The translations under genes were made by a program, and so were the position numbers. Below the pieces are notes generated by a model. The model ran no database searches. It was not told the origin of the DNA and was given only the letters and a program-made list of their open reading frames with translations. Of a stretch of 64,000 bases of DNA, positions 1 through 8,676 are shown one piece after another (the stretch's first letter is position 1; each line of letters opens with the position of its first letter). The DNA lies in IMG/VR virus record IMGVR_UViG_3300042256_000025; one strand, written 5' to 3'. The DNA is from a virus (taxonomy: Duplodnaviria; Caudoviricetes).

Positions 1-54
1 GCGGGCGATTAATTTATTCGCCTCTAAGTCAGACGCACGATATACGTTCGGCAT
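1..54 (-). CDS. 5' end of a hypothetical protein running off the window (MPNVYRASDLEANKLIAR...)
   Basis: ATG at 54 preceded by an AGGAGG Shine-Dalgarno; frame open to the edge. Confidence 0.6.
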   Translation of the reverse strand, partial: MPNVYRASDLEANKLIAR

Positions 55-171
55 TTTACAGCCTCCTAAAAAAGAAATTCACCGATCACGTCTCAACTAC
101 CCAAACCGGCGTTTACGGCGACTCAGCTCTATAAGCAACACCAAGGTTACCGCCAGGTGACGCTGTCATGT

Positions 172-219
172 ATAAAAAGGAACCCACCCGCCTAACCACC
201 TAAACGGATGGGTACAAAA
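172..219 (-). terminator. Intrinsic terminator, copy 1 of a 48-bp direct repeat
   Basis: Minus strand ACCCATCCGTTTAG-GTGG-TTAGGCGGGTGGGT stem with G-U pairs, then TCCTTTTTAT; identical to 479-526. Confidence 0.75.
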
Positions 220-261
220 CTCTTCTATGTTCTGCGCATCCGGAGTCAGAATATAAGGACC

Positions 262-465
262 TTATAACCTCCCATGCTTCGCCTCATAGTCTTCCCAGTA
301 CTCGGCCTCTTCCATATCCAAATCCCTCTGTTTCTGGATACAGGCCGCGCAGACGTCATAGTAGGCGCCGTTGAAGCCCTCGTCCGTATCCCGGGTTGGG
401 GTAAGTTCAGCCTCCTTACCACACCACTCACAGTTTCCAAAAATAACATCATCATCAATTGACAT
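262..465 (-). CDS. Small acidic hypothetical protein with two CxxC motifs (possible Zn ribbon)
   Basis: AGGAGG SD; CEWC and CAAC motifs. Confidence 0.7.
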   Translation of the reverse strand: MSIDDDVIFGNCEWCGKEAELTPTRDTDEGFNGAYYDVCAACIQKQRDLDMEEAEYWEDYEAKHGRL

Positions 466-478
466 AGTGACCTCCTAA

Positions 479-526
479 ATAAAAAGGAACCCACCCGCCT
501 AACCACCTAAACGGATGGGTACAAAA
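479..526 (-). terminator. Intrinsic terminator, copy 2 of the 48-bp direct repeat
   Basis: Identical to 172-219. Confidence 0.75.
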
Positions 527-535
527 TGGGCCGCG

Positions 536-787
536 TTAGCACTCAGACGTCATTCCATGTACTATACGCACTACAGCCATTTGGCCCCAGCTGTAGCTTC
601 TCCCGCCGTCACGACGAGAATCATCGATGGCGCTTGCATATGCCATCCTTAAGTCTTCAATGCTCTGCGCATCCGGAGTCAGATGCGAGAGTACGTACTC
701 TATAAACTTCAAACCTCGATCACTTGCAGTGCAGACTGAGACTGAATTATTGTAAAGGTTTTCTACCGCTTTGACGATGTAAGACAT
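536..787 (-). CDS. Early hypothetical protein (likely start MSYIVK at 787)
   Basis: AAGGAGAG SD before ATG 787; early promoter motif just upstream. Confidence 0.7.
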   Translation of the reverse strand: MSYIVKAVENLYNNSVSVCTASDRGLKFIEYVLSHLTPDAQSIEDLRMAYASAIDDSRRDGGRSYSWGQMAVVRIVHGMTSEC

Positions 788-824
788 AACGCTACTCTCC
801 TTAGAGTCTGGTATATACACTAAT

Positions 825-840
825 GTAATATAGGTTTTCA
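825..840 (-). promoter_or_regulatory. Early (virion RNAP) promoter TGAAAACCTATATTAC
   Basis: Contains the phiKZ early consensus TATATTAC; the same 16-mer recurs at 10768, 13697 and 63071. Confidence 0.8.
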
Positions 841-903
841 GGTTGTATGAATGTACCTCTTTTACTATAGACTTCTATGGGGACTATAAATTAATAAATA
901 GAG

Positions 904-934
904 ATACTCCTTCCCCTGCTAGGGGAAGGAGTAT
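904..934. terminator. Palindromic stem-loop ATACTCCTTCCCCT-GCT-AGGGGAAGGAGTAT
   Basis: 14-bp perfect inverted repeat at the end of the portal operon. Confidence 0.7.
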
Positions 935-940
935 TTAAGG

Positions 941-1480
941 TTACTGTCCTGAGTGAAGCAAACGTCGACTCAGTACTGCAAGGTGAAGCTCTGTACTGAC
1001 GAACCAGGTGGGTGTACCATCCAGCTGGGTAAGGACACCTGCACGCTCTAGCGAGAAGCCTCCTCTATTACGGTAATGGTCGTGTGCTACTTTAATATGG
1101 GCAGACCACATCTGTTTAACGAAGGACTCAAGATTATAAAAGGGGTCAGTAGGCAACTGGAGTTTAGTTTCAGAAACTGCCATCTTAAGTAGTTGATCTT
1201 GAGACAACCGCCGACCTTGGCGAGGGGCAGCGACTCCAGGGACAAGTGCTAAACATACCCCTTCAACTTCTTCAGGCAATTGATACAGAGTACCGATGCC
1301 TGGGAACCGTACACTATACCCCGCTTCCAAGGCGCGACGATAGAGTCCGTTGAATATCCCTACAAAGAGTTTAGCCACGTCTTCACTGACGTTCGCCTTT
1401 TTCGCGACATCCTTATGATAAGACTTGAACGTAGGGCGCTGGCGCAGGGCCGCGTTATCCATAATAATTGCCGTATGCAT
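941..1480 (-). CDS. HU/IHF-like DNA-binding protein, possibly two tandem domains
   Basis: VAKKANVSEDVAKLFVGIF...ALEAGYSVRFPGIGTL fits the HU pattern; weaker second copy ...GGFSLERAGVL. Confidence 0.55.
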   Translation of the reverse strand: MHTAIIMDNAALRQRPTFKSYHKDVAKKANVSEDVAKLFVGIFNGLYRRALEAGYSVRFPGIGTLYQLPEEVEGVCLALVPGVAAPRQGRRLSQDQLLKMAVSETKLQLPTDPFYNLESFVKQMWSAHIKVAHDHYRNRGGFSLERAGVLTQLDGTPTWFVSTELHLAVLSRRLLHSGQ

Positions 1481-1489
1481 GTAATATCC

Positions 1490-3907
1490 TTAGAAATTAA
1501 AGTCTAAATCGTCGGCACCGTCATCGCCGCCTGCGGTATCCTCACCCTCACCGTCACCCTCGGCGTCATCCGCAGCTGCATCTCCTTCGTCGAGTCCACC
1601 CTCGGTATCCCCAACAGCGTCATTCCCAGTATCCATTCCAGTACCATCTGTATTCGGATCACCACCCATGTCTGTGGGCTCTGGTTCAGGCTCTGCAGTC
1701 GCCTTATCGATCTTCTCACGAACCTTCTTCTCTTCCTTAAAGGTCTTCGCCAGTATATCGCCGAGTGCTTTAACCATGAAGGTGGTGTGGTCAGTGATGC
1801 GTTTAGAGGGCTTGTTGTCCTCATCATTAAAGAACTCATCCACTTCAACGAACAGGTTTTGACGGCGCATCCAATCCCGCTTCAGAGTACTGGCCACCGA
1901 TACCCGCATTGAATCCAGCGCACGGCTATTTACATCACCGTCCAGAAGCTCAGCAATCATGTCTTCTGTAATATACGCTTCAACAACACGATCAATGGCA
2001 TCCGAGTATTCCGAGTATGCCTCAAATTGACTGCCGATCTTAGCAAGGTCGGGGGATGGGAGCGATACACTCAGGCCCTCGATGAATTCACCCACTACAG
2101 TGTCAGCATCGCCTTTGGCTTTAACGGACTCTCGAATCTTCGTGAGTAGCTCACCGGAGGACCATACGTAGGTCTGAATAAAGTCCTGTAACTGTGTCTC
2201 GAACCAACGTTGGTAGTCCATGACCTGTTTAGCGAACATCAGGTTACGGGACACCACCACCGTAGCCAGTTCGCCCTCCATCGTACTGTCTACGATCTCA
2301 GGTGGAATACCCAGGCCACTGTACTGCATGCGTCTAAGGGTTTCCGATAACTGAGAGTCGGGCACGGTCCGTTGTCGCTCCCGGTCTTCGATCTCTGTAT
2401 TCGTGTTCGGGAAGGCCTCGCCACCGTCCACATTGATATCCACCGCGGCTTTCTGTAAGGAGCGTACAATATCACTGGGGTTCAGTATACCGATCGGGAG
2501 TTGGTTAGCCTGGAGGTTTGTGTACTGATGGAGGACCGCCTCGAGGGTACCCTGTGGATCATGGTCATCCTCATCCAGAGTTACATTCAAACGGGTACGC
2601 CCGACGGAGTTCTTAACGCCTGCCATCACCTCTGCAAAGAGGAGTACTGCCCGTAGACTACCAAAGACGCGGGTTTTCTCCAACAGACTAATGCCTAGCC
2701 CGTACTCATCATAATTAAATGCGAAGTAGGTCATGAGTTCTTTAGGGATATACACGATGCGGGTACGTTTTTGTGCTAACACACGCCCCAACATCAGTCG
2801 GTAGACTTCCTCAGGTCTGGAAACTTCAACTTCCTCCCCGTAGACACCGTCCTTAAGCTGATCGGTAAGCTCCTTTTCAATATAGTTAATGTACTGGTCA
2901 ATGAAGGTATCCGGATCTACCTTATTACCTTTCGTCGTACCCAGTGACAGACCTGTCGCTTGAATCAGCCCCCCTAGCGCCTGATTATTAGAAGCTTCCT
3001 TGATGCGCTCACGTAGACGACTGATTCCGGACTCGGTATCAGCCGTCATGGAGACCGGCATGCCATTCTCATTAACGGCGAGGTAGTACCCTAGGTGATC
3101 CCGTGGATCGCCGGGTACGTGGACGGGGATAATCGCTTCACTGGGTATCTTCATAACCAGCGGATTACGGGTCTCCTTACTACCCCCCTGTTTAGGGGTA
3201 AGTTTTACAACCGGCGCATGACGGTAGGCTTCCATTGATACTTTAGAGCGAATCGATTGGGTTAGCAGCTGACGTCGAACCGTATTAAGCTTCAGTGCAC
3301 TGAGGTTATCGGTGATCGTAAGGTTACCAATGTCCTTGTTCGCCTTGATAATGCCCACTGATTTAAGGTGAGCAGTGTCATCCCGCACGTACTGGTTGAA
3401 AGACTCCATCCCCCCGATTTTACCCTGTGCGATTAATGACTCAAGGGCTGTTTCAGGTATTACAGCTAGGGCATAACTACCTGTTTCAAACAGACAGTCT
3501 TCCAGTATCTTGGTTAGACGCTCTTCCAGTGGAAACGTTGTGCGGAAGTGCTCTTCGATGTAATCCAGTACCTCACTTCGCACTTCGTCGTCTAACTCAC
3601 CCTCATCTGAATGTAAACGTAACTGAACGGCCACTAGGTCCTTAGGGGAAAGGATTGAGGAGACCAGTATACGTTTTGCCAGTATTAGGTCTGGCAGTAG
3701 CTCCATCATCCCACGGTTATCAGAGATGCGTTCATTCACCCGATCCATCAGGGCCTTAAGATCACCCATCTTAGGCAAGACGTCTTGCAATCGACGACGA
3801 CGGTGTTCGTCCTCTACTATTACTTTAGAGGAGATACCTACCTTCCGGTCGACATCCGCCATATCCGCCGTGGTCTTTTGACCCTGTGCTGTTACTTTCT
3901 TAACCAT
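1490..3907 (-). CDS. Portal protein (phiKZ gp129-like)
   Basis: 805 aa; LVSSILSPKDL, IPVHVPGDP..HLGYY and LRAVLLFA motifs as recalled for this family; acidic C-terminal tail; synteny. Confidence 0.75.
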   Translation of the reverse strand: MVKKVTAQGQKTTADMADVDRKVGISSKVIVEDEHRRRRLQDVLPKMGDLKALMDRVNERISDNRGMMELLPDLILAKRILVSSILSPKDLVAVQLRLHSDEGELDDEVRSEVLDYIEEHFRTTFPLEERLTKILEDCLFETGSYALAVIPETALESLIAQGKIGGMESFNQYVRDDTAHLKSVGIIKANKDIGNLTITDNLSALKLNTVRRQLLTQSIRSKVSMEAYRHAPVVKLTPKQGGSKETRNPLVMKIPSEAIIPVHVPGDPRDHLGYYLAVNENGMPVSMTADTESGISRLRERIKEASNNQALGGLIQATGLSLGTTKGNKVDPDTFIDQYINYIEKELTDQLKDGVYGEEVEVSRPEEVYRLMLGRVLAQKRTRIVYIPKELMTYFAFNYDEYGLGISLLEKTRVFGSLRAVLLFAEVMAGVKNSVGRTRLNVTLDEDDHDPQGTLEAVLHQYTNLQANQLPIGILNPSDIVRSLQKAAVDINVDGGEAFPNTNTEIEDRERQRTVPDSQLSETLRRMQYSGLGIPPEIVDSTMEGELATVVVSRNLMFAKQVMDYQRWFETQLQDFIQTYVWSSGELLTKIRESVKAKGDADTVVGEFIEGLSVSLPSPDLAKIGSQFEAYSEYSDAIDRVVEAYITEDMIAELLDGDVNSRALDSMRVSVASTLKRDWMRRQNLFVEVDEFFNDEDNKPSKRITDHTTFMVKALGDILAKTFKEEKKVREKIDKATAEPEPEPTDMGGDPNTDGTGMDTGNDAVGDTEGGLDEGDAAADDAEGDGEGEDTAGGDDGADDLDFNF

Positions 3908-4028
3908 AATAGATTGCTCCTAAGACTCGATGTTATACGATTCCACCGGCGGGGCGGATCTTATAGCAAATTTAGGCCCACTTTAGTGGTTAAAGTCGGG
4001 CAACGCTATATTGAGCATCGAGGCTGTT

Positions 4029-6107
4029 ATGTACTCACCTCTATACCGACAATACCTGGACGACACCCTCGCACTCGTGCGCAGTATGGTGATTAAGTCC
4101 GAACAGACCATTGAAGCGCAGAATAAATATTTAAAGGCGCAAGGGTACGTGGTCTTAGACGACCCTCGTACATGGAAATACTATCTAAACTTGACCGGGC
4201 GATACCATGTATCCGACCGACCCATCGAAGTGCTCTCGTCGGATACCTATGAAACGATTGTGTTGTCCCGTGACACGATTGTGGATCACCCAATCACGGC
4301 GCTGGACTACGGCCCAGGCGGTAGTTTCCATACGGAGCTTCTGGAGCGGTATCCAGAACACCGTGAGTTGATTCCCCGGATCCTGTCTCCGGTCGACATG
4401 GAGCAGGCGATCGAGGCCAGTGAGTTTACACTCCTATATTGGGATGACCGGCATATTGCCGATAATGAATATGGTCTTATCGGTACTATCCAGCGCTGGC
4501 TCTATAGCTATCGTGACCGCTGGCACCTGCCTTCCTTTGGGGTAAGCGACGGGCTCTATCCAGCATCGGCACTGGCACTATTGTACCATAACCTGGTACC
4601 CACCATCATTAACTTTAGATTGGAGAATGCCCGTACCGCTGAAGTCGATGAGTTTCACCGGTGGGCTTTCTTAGGGAGTCGATATCGATTGGATCGGTAT
4701 AAGCGGTACCTGGATAACCGTCAATCGCTATTCCTGTACCGTAACATCGACTACCTTAAGTTCCATGTCGGCAAAGAAGTAACCCTCGAAACCTTACTTA
4801 CACACATTACTGAACCGGTCAATATCGATGCACATCGGTTCGATGTCACCGTCTCAAACGAGCGGCTATTGGAAACATTGAAACCTGTCCCACGGCTATT
4901 AGATACTCCCTATAAAGACGATCGACCCAACATAGGGGTAGAGTCCAGGGCACCGGTGGAATACGGATATCAGTTAACGAAAGACCTTGCCCGCCACAAC
5001 GAAGAGGACCTTTATACGGATGTGACGCGTGCAGAGGCCGCTATCCGTACAACCGCTATGCAATCACTTCCGACGGGTTTGGTGCAAATGACTTTTAACC
5101 CGCCAATGAGTGATCGGTTTGCAAATCCAGAGCAGGTCCGCTTAACCCAGTGGCTATACTTGGCCAGTGTCGGTCGGTATCAAACGGTACACGATCTGAA
5201 TTTAGGGGAGCGAGGAAGCATTTCCGTTACGGCTAAGGAAGCGGCGATTTTATTCTGTTATGCGGTGAGTCAGGTAAACAAAACACCATTGGAGACGATA
5301 CCGTCGGTATGGTTAGGGTACCCTCACCATGATCGCTCCCTGGGGCAAGACTATGTACAGGCACGTCTAGAGTCACCTCTGGCGAATGAAGGGTACGTCA
5401 CTGAACTTACTCGTGACTGGGTCAGGCACCCCATCATCCGGGATGAACTAGGGTTTGATGAATATGTTGATGAAGTTAAGCATCGTTTTTACTTGCATCA
5501 AGTAAGTTGCCGAAAGCCCCATAACAGTACGTACCGGTCTCAGCTAAAGGGTGTGGTGCGGGCACTATATCGTCCGACCATAATTACGTTAGCACCCGAT
5601 AACACCGATTATACTCGTTGGCTGGATGCGCTTAACTTCCCACACCGTACCTTCCAGCCACAGGACTACTACGCACTTGTCTTTACTATCCTTACTGTGG
5701 TGCCCGGAGTTAACCTCGATGAAGGGGGAGTCACCCGTCGCCATAGAGCGATGATTGATATAGTGCGATTGTTGTCCAGTTATGGCATTCTGTTTGTAGA
5801 AGGGGCAGGACTTCGACCAACCATGATCTATCACTATGGTAAGGTTGAGCCTATAGAGTGGAAAAACCATCTGGATAGTTATTTTAAACTGGGCTTTGGG
5901 ATATATGGACATGACGCGAAAACGAAGGCACGAATATGTGCATACGCTGAAGCTACTAATATCCATTTAGAGCCTACTGGACCCATTCAGCCAATATATG
6001 TTGTGCCAACTGGACTGACACTCAACTATCGCCAACGGTACAACCATGTAACCCATTTAGAAGCGGCTACCCTTACCAGCGGTAGCGTGACACATATTCC
6101 GCGTTAA
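4029..6107 (+). CDS. Virion structural protein (phiKZ gp128-like, tail/baseplate)
   Basis: TWKYYLNLTGRYH and LFLYRNIDYL motifs; divergent from portal; GAGG SD before ATG 4029. Confidence 0.65.
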   Translation: MYSPLYRQYLDDTLALVRSMVIKSEQTIEAQNKYLKAQGYVVLDDPRTWKYYLNLTGRYHVSDRPIEVLSSDTYETIVLSRDTIVDHPITALDYGPGGSFHTELLERYPEHRELIPRILSPVDMEQAIEASEFTLLYWDDRHIADNEYGLIGTIQRWLYSYRDRWHLPSFGVSDGLYPASALALLYHNLVPTIINFRLENARTAEVDEFHRWAFLGSRYRLDRYKRYLDNRQSLFLYRNIDYLKFHVGKEVTLETLLTHITEPVNIDAHRFDVTVSNERLLETLKPVPRLLDTPYKDDRPNIGVESRAPVEYGYQLTKDLARHNEEDLYTDVTRAEAAIRTTAMQSLPTGLVQMTFNPPMSDRFANPEQVRLTQWLYLASVGRYQTVHDLNLGERGSISVTAKEAAILFCYAVSQVNKTPLETIPSVWLGYPHHDRSLGQDYVQARLESPLANEGYVTELTRDWVRHPIIRDELGFDEYVDEVKHRFYLHQVSCRKPHNSTYRSQLKGVVRALYRPTIITLAPDNTDYTRWLDALNFPHRTFQPQDYYALVFTILTVVPGVNLDEGGVTRRHRAMIDIVRLLSSYGILFVEGAGLRPTMIYHYGKVEPIEWKNHLDSYFKLGFGIYGHDAKTKARICAYAEATNIHLEPTGPIQPIYVVPTGLTLNYRQRYNHVTHLEAATLTSGSVTHIPR

Positions 6108-6118
6108 CGGAGACGAAC

Positions 6119-6952
6119 ATGTACGAAACAACGAAAACCATCTACCATACCCATCTAGAGTTACAGCGGGCAATGCAGGAAGATTTTAATCCGCTCCCTT
6201 ACAGTACGCTGAATGAGAAGTTCGGTGTCGCGGATGAGGAAACCGTACCTACAGGTCGCTACCCCGCGATGGAGTATATTGCCATTGGGCGAGGAGGGCA
6301 TAGAGGACGCATTGCCTCAGACGGCGCTACTCTGACAGATATCCTTCAACACGATGTTACCGATGCGGCGCTGTTTGAACACCTGCCCTTTGTTGTACGG
6401 CTGGTCAGTGAAGATCTAACACCTGCTGAGCGGGCAAAATATGGCATGCGGACGCTGGTAGAGCGCAACGGGAAGCAGTACTTTGCATACTACCTAAAAC
6501 GGGTGAACCTCTCACAGACGTATCCTGAACTGAAAGAAATTACTGTACTGGACGGCACTGTAAGTGACCGGGAGTATACCCCGACTCCTTCGCAGTTGAC
6601 ACCAAACCCTCTACCGCTGTCCAATACGCAAGCAAACCTTGCATCGGGTAAACATATTTCAGTCACTTCAACTCTGTCACTATCATTATCGGCAACAGAC
6701 ATTCAGGAAATCATGGATGCTGTGCTGGTACTCTATGATGATGTAGCCTATGCTACTATTTCTGAGATCGCTACCGTTACAGCACACCGCACCCCCATCA
6801 ACACCACGTTGGGTGGCGTGAATGTAACCTACGATGAAGCCATAGCCGCTCAGGTAGCAAACTTCATCCCGGCGAATATCAGCTTGCAGTTTACGACGAA
6901 CGGCATCGATTCACTCTTCTCACTTGGACACACCTCACCTTACCTTCGTTAA
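6119..6952 (+). CDS. Virion structural protein (phiKZ gp127-like)
   Basis: TLNEKF, IGRGGH, PFVVR and YFAYYLKR motifs; synteny. Confidence 0.65.
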   Translation: MYETTKTIYHTHLELQRAMQEDFNPLPYSTLNEKFGVADEETVPTGRYPAMEYIAIGRGGHRGRIASDGATLTDILQHDVTDAALFEHLPFVVRLVSEDLTPAERAKYGMRTLVERNGKQYFAYYLKRVNLSQTYPELKEITVLDGTVSDREYTPTPSQLTPNPLPLSNTQANLASGKHISVTSTLSLSLSATDIQEIMDAVLVLYDDVAYATISEIATVTAHRTPINTTLGGVNVTYDEAIAAQVANFIPANISLQFTTNGIDSLFSLGHTSPYLR

Positions 6953-6981
6953 GAAGGGAGCGAAGGTGATAAGGAGGACCT

Positions 6982-7560
6982 ATGTACCCAGTACCCTATG
7001 ATGAATGTTATCGGGTACTTGCCATTGATCCCAGTACATCCGCGACTGGGTTCTCTGTGCTTGACCATAATGTACTTACACAGGAAACACACATCGCCTT
7101 CGCCTCTACCGTATTTAGAAAGGATCTATTGAAGCGTAAGGATTGGATCGCCAGTGTACACGGGGAGCGTTCCGCAGCCGTGGCAGGATACGGAGAGGCC
7201 TTGGCTAATATGCTGCGGTACTGGTCCCCTACCCTGGTCATTGCGGAAGCCCCCTATCTATCTCGCCTACCCGCTGCCTTTAAAGCGTTGGTAGAGGTGC
7301 AAACCTCACTGCGCTTAACGGTAATGGACTTTGATCCAACGCTGCCCTTTGAAACAGTAGACCCTGCACGGGCAAAACAAAACATTGGGGTCAGTGGGAA
7401 ATCCGGTGATAAGGAAGCTGTAGCGATTGCAGTGCGCGCTCGTCCCGGACTCTATACGGTTAACGGTGTCGACCTTAGCCGGATCGATGAGCACAGCATG
7501 GATAGTATAGCTGTTGGACTATACCACATCGATACCTACGTAAAACAGTGTCCCTGGTAA
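6982..7560 (+). CDS. ruvC: RuvC-like Holliday junction resolvase
   Basis: VLAIDPSTSATG, VIAEAP and HSMDSIAVG acidic catalytic motifs. Confidence 0.85.
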   Translation: MYPVPYDECYRVLAIDPSTSATGFSVLDHNVLTQETHIAFASTVFRKDLLKRKDWIASVHGERSAAVAGYGEALANMLRYWSPTLVIAEAPYLSRLPAAFKALVEVQTSLRLTVMDFDPTLPFETVDPARAKQNIGVSGKSGDKEAVAIAVRARPGLYTVNGVDLSRIDEHSMDSIAVGLYHIDTYVKQCPW

Positions 7561-7563
7561 CGA

Positions 7564-7597
7564 ATACTCCCCACACCCTTAAGGGTGTGGGGAGTAT
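7564..7597. terminator. Perfect palindrome ATACTCCCCACACCCTT/AAGGGTGTGGGGAGTAT
   Basis: 34-bp inverted repeat just after the ruvC stop. Confidence 0.7.
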
Positions 7598-7681
7598 GTA
7601 TGTGTTCGAATAATATACGTAGAATAGGGCCTATTCACACATTATGCCACAGCACTAAACCGTTTATATAGGGACACTATC

Positions 7682-8071
7682 ATGGGCAGCTATGCAGTAT
7701 ATGGGGGTACAGGTGCGGCCGCCGCGTACGTTAAAAATAACGCCCCCGACCCCCTTACACCGTCATCCACCTCAACACTTGCATCGGGTCCCATTGAAGA
7801 CCCCGTTAATACAGTAGGGTCCATTTTTGGACCCGACTTTATAGCTGTCGTCGATGGACGGCTCTATATAGGCGATGTATCAGCACTGGACATCGGGTCT
7901 ATAGTACTGATTATCTTATCAGTCGCCGCAACGTTATTTAAAGCGTACTACGATTATACAGACTGGCGTGAGCGCCGTCTGGCCCGCTTAAGTGCTACTA
8001 AAGAGGCTAAGGAGTCTAAGCATGCGCCGTCAACATTGGGGGGAGACCATACGTACCCTCCACCGGATTAA
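7682..8071 (+). CDS. Single-pass membrane protein
   Basis: Hydrophobic IGSIVLIILSVAATLF followed by a basic tail. Confidence 0.65.
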   Translation: MGSYAVYGGTGAAAAYVKNNAPDPLTPSSTSTLASGPIEDPVNTVGSIFGPDFIAVVDGRLYIGDVSALDIGSIVLIILSVAATLFKAYYDYTDWRERRLARLSATKEAKESKHAPSTLGGDHTYPPPD

Positions 8072-8621
8072 TCTATCACCCCTTGCCCGTCGGCTAGCAA
8101 GAATGAGGCACCCTACCCGCGCAATCGTTGCTGCCAAAATTATGCGAAACTGCCCCGCCAGTAACCCGAGTGAACCCAAGACCCTTGTTCGTGCCATTGA
8201 GTCGAATACCTGTGTGCAGGCACGGTGGATAGCCGCTAACACACAGTTACTTACACAGGGTGACCAGTTTATTGAGGCGGCGATTCACGAATGGATACAG
8301 CGCCGAGGGTACGAGCGTATTTTTACGTATGTACCTGGTCTGCGAAAATGGTACTGGCGACGACATCGTCCTACCATGGACGTGACCGCCTGTGGGTACC
8401 TTAAGTATCAAATACTGAAGCGCCTCGCTAAGCGCCGCCGCAAGTTGCGACAACGATCACCCTTTAAACGTTTCTACATGGCAGGACTTACCACCTTTTT
8501 GATTACAGGCATTGGTTTATTTTATATGGCACAGTCACACTTGGCTGAAGAAGAGCGCATGGGCCTGATTGATCTGATTGTAAAGGCTGGCAAAATGTTG
8601 TACCAGACAGTATTTGGATAG
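8022..8621 (+). CDS. Basic protein with C-terminal transmembrane helix
   Basis: AAGGAG SD before ATG 8022; FYMAGLTTFLITGIGLFYM helix; Arg-rich N-terminus. Confidence 0.65.
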   Translation: MRRQHWGETIRTLHRINLSPLARRLARMRHPTRAIVAAKIMRNCPASNPSEPKTLVRAIESNTCVQARWIAANTQLLTQGDQFIEAAIHEWIQRRGYERIFTYVPGLRKWYWRRHRPTMDVTACGYLKYQILKRLAKRRRKLRQRSPFKRFYMAGLTTFLITGIGLFYMAQSHLAEEERMGLIDLIVKAGKMLYQTVFG

Positions 8622-8637
8622 AAAAAAAAAAACATAA

Positions 8638-8665
8638 CCATACCCAGCCCGAAGGCTGGGTATGG
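8638..8665 (-). terminator. Terminator between convergent genes
   Basis: CCATACCCAGCC-CGAA-GGCTGGGTATGG with an A-run at about 8622-8632 (U-tract on minus). Confidence 0.75.
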
Positions 8666-8676
8666 CCACTATTGCC

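Noticed and set aside
172-526. 48-bp repeats as CRISPR repeats or IS ends
   Set aside because: They fold as terminators, flank a normal gene, and no transposase is present.
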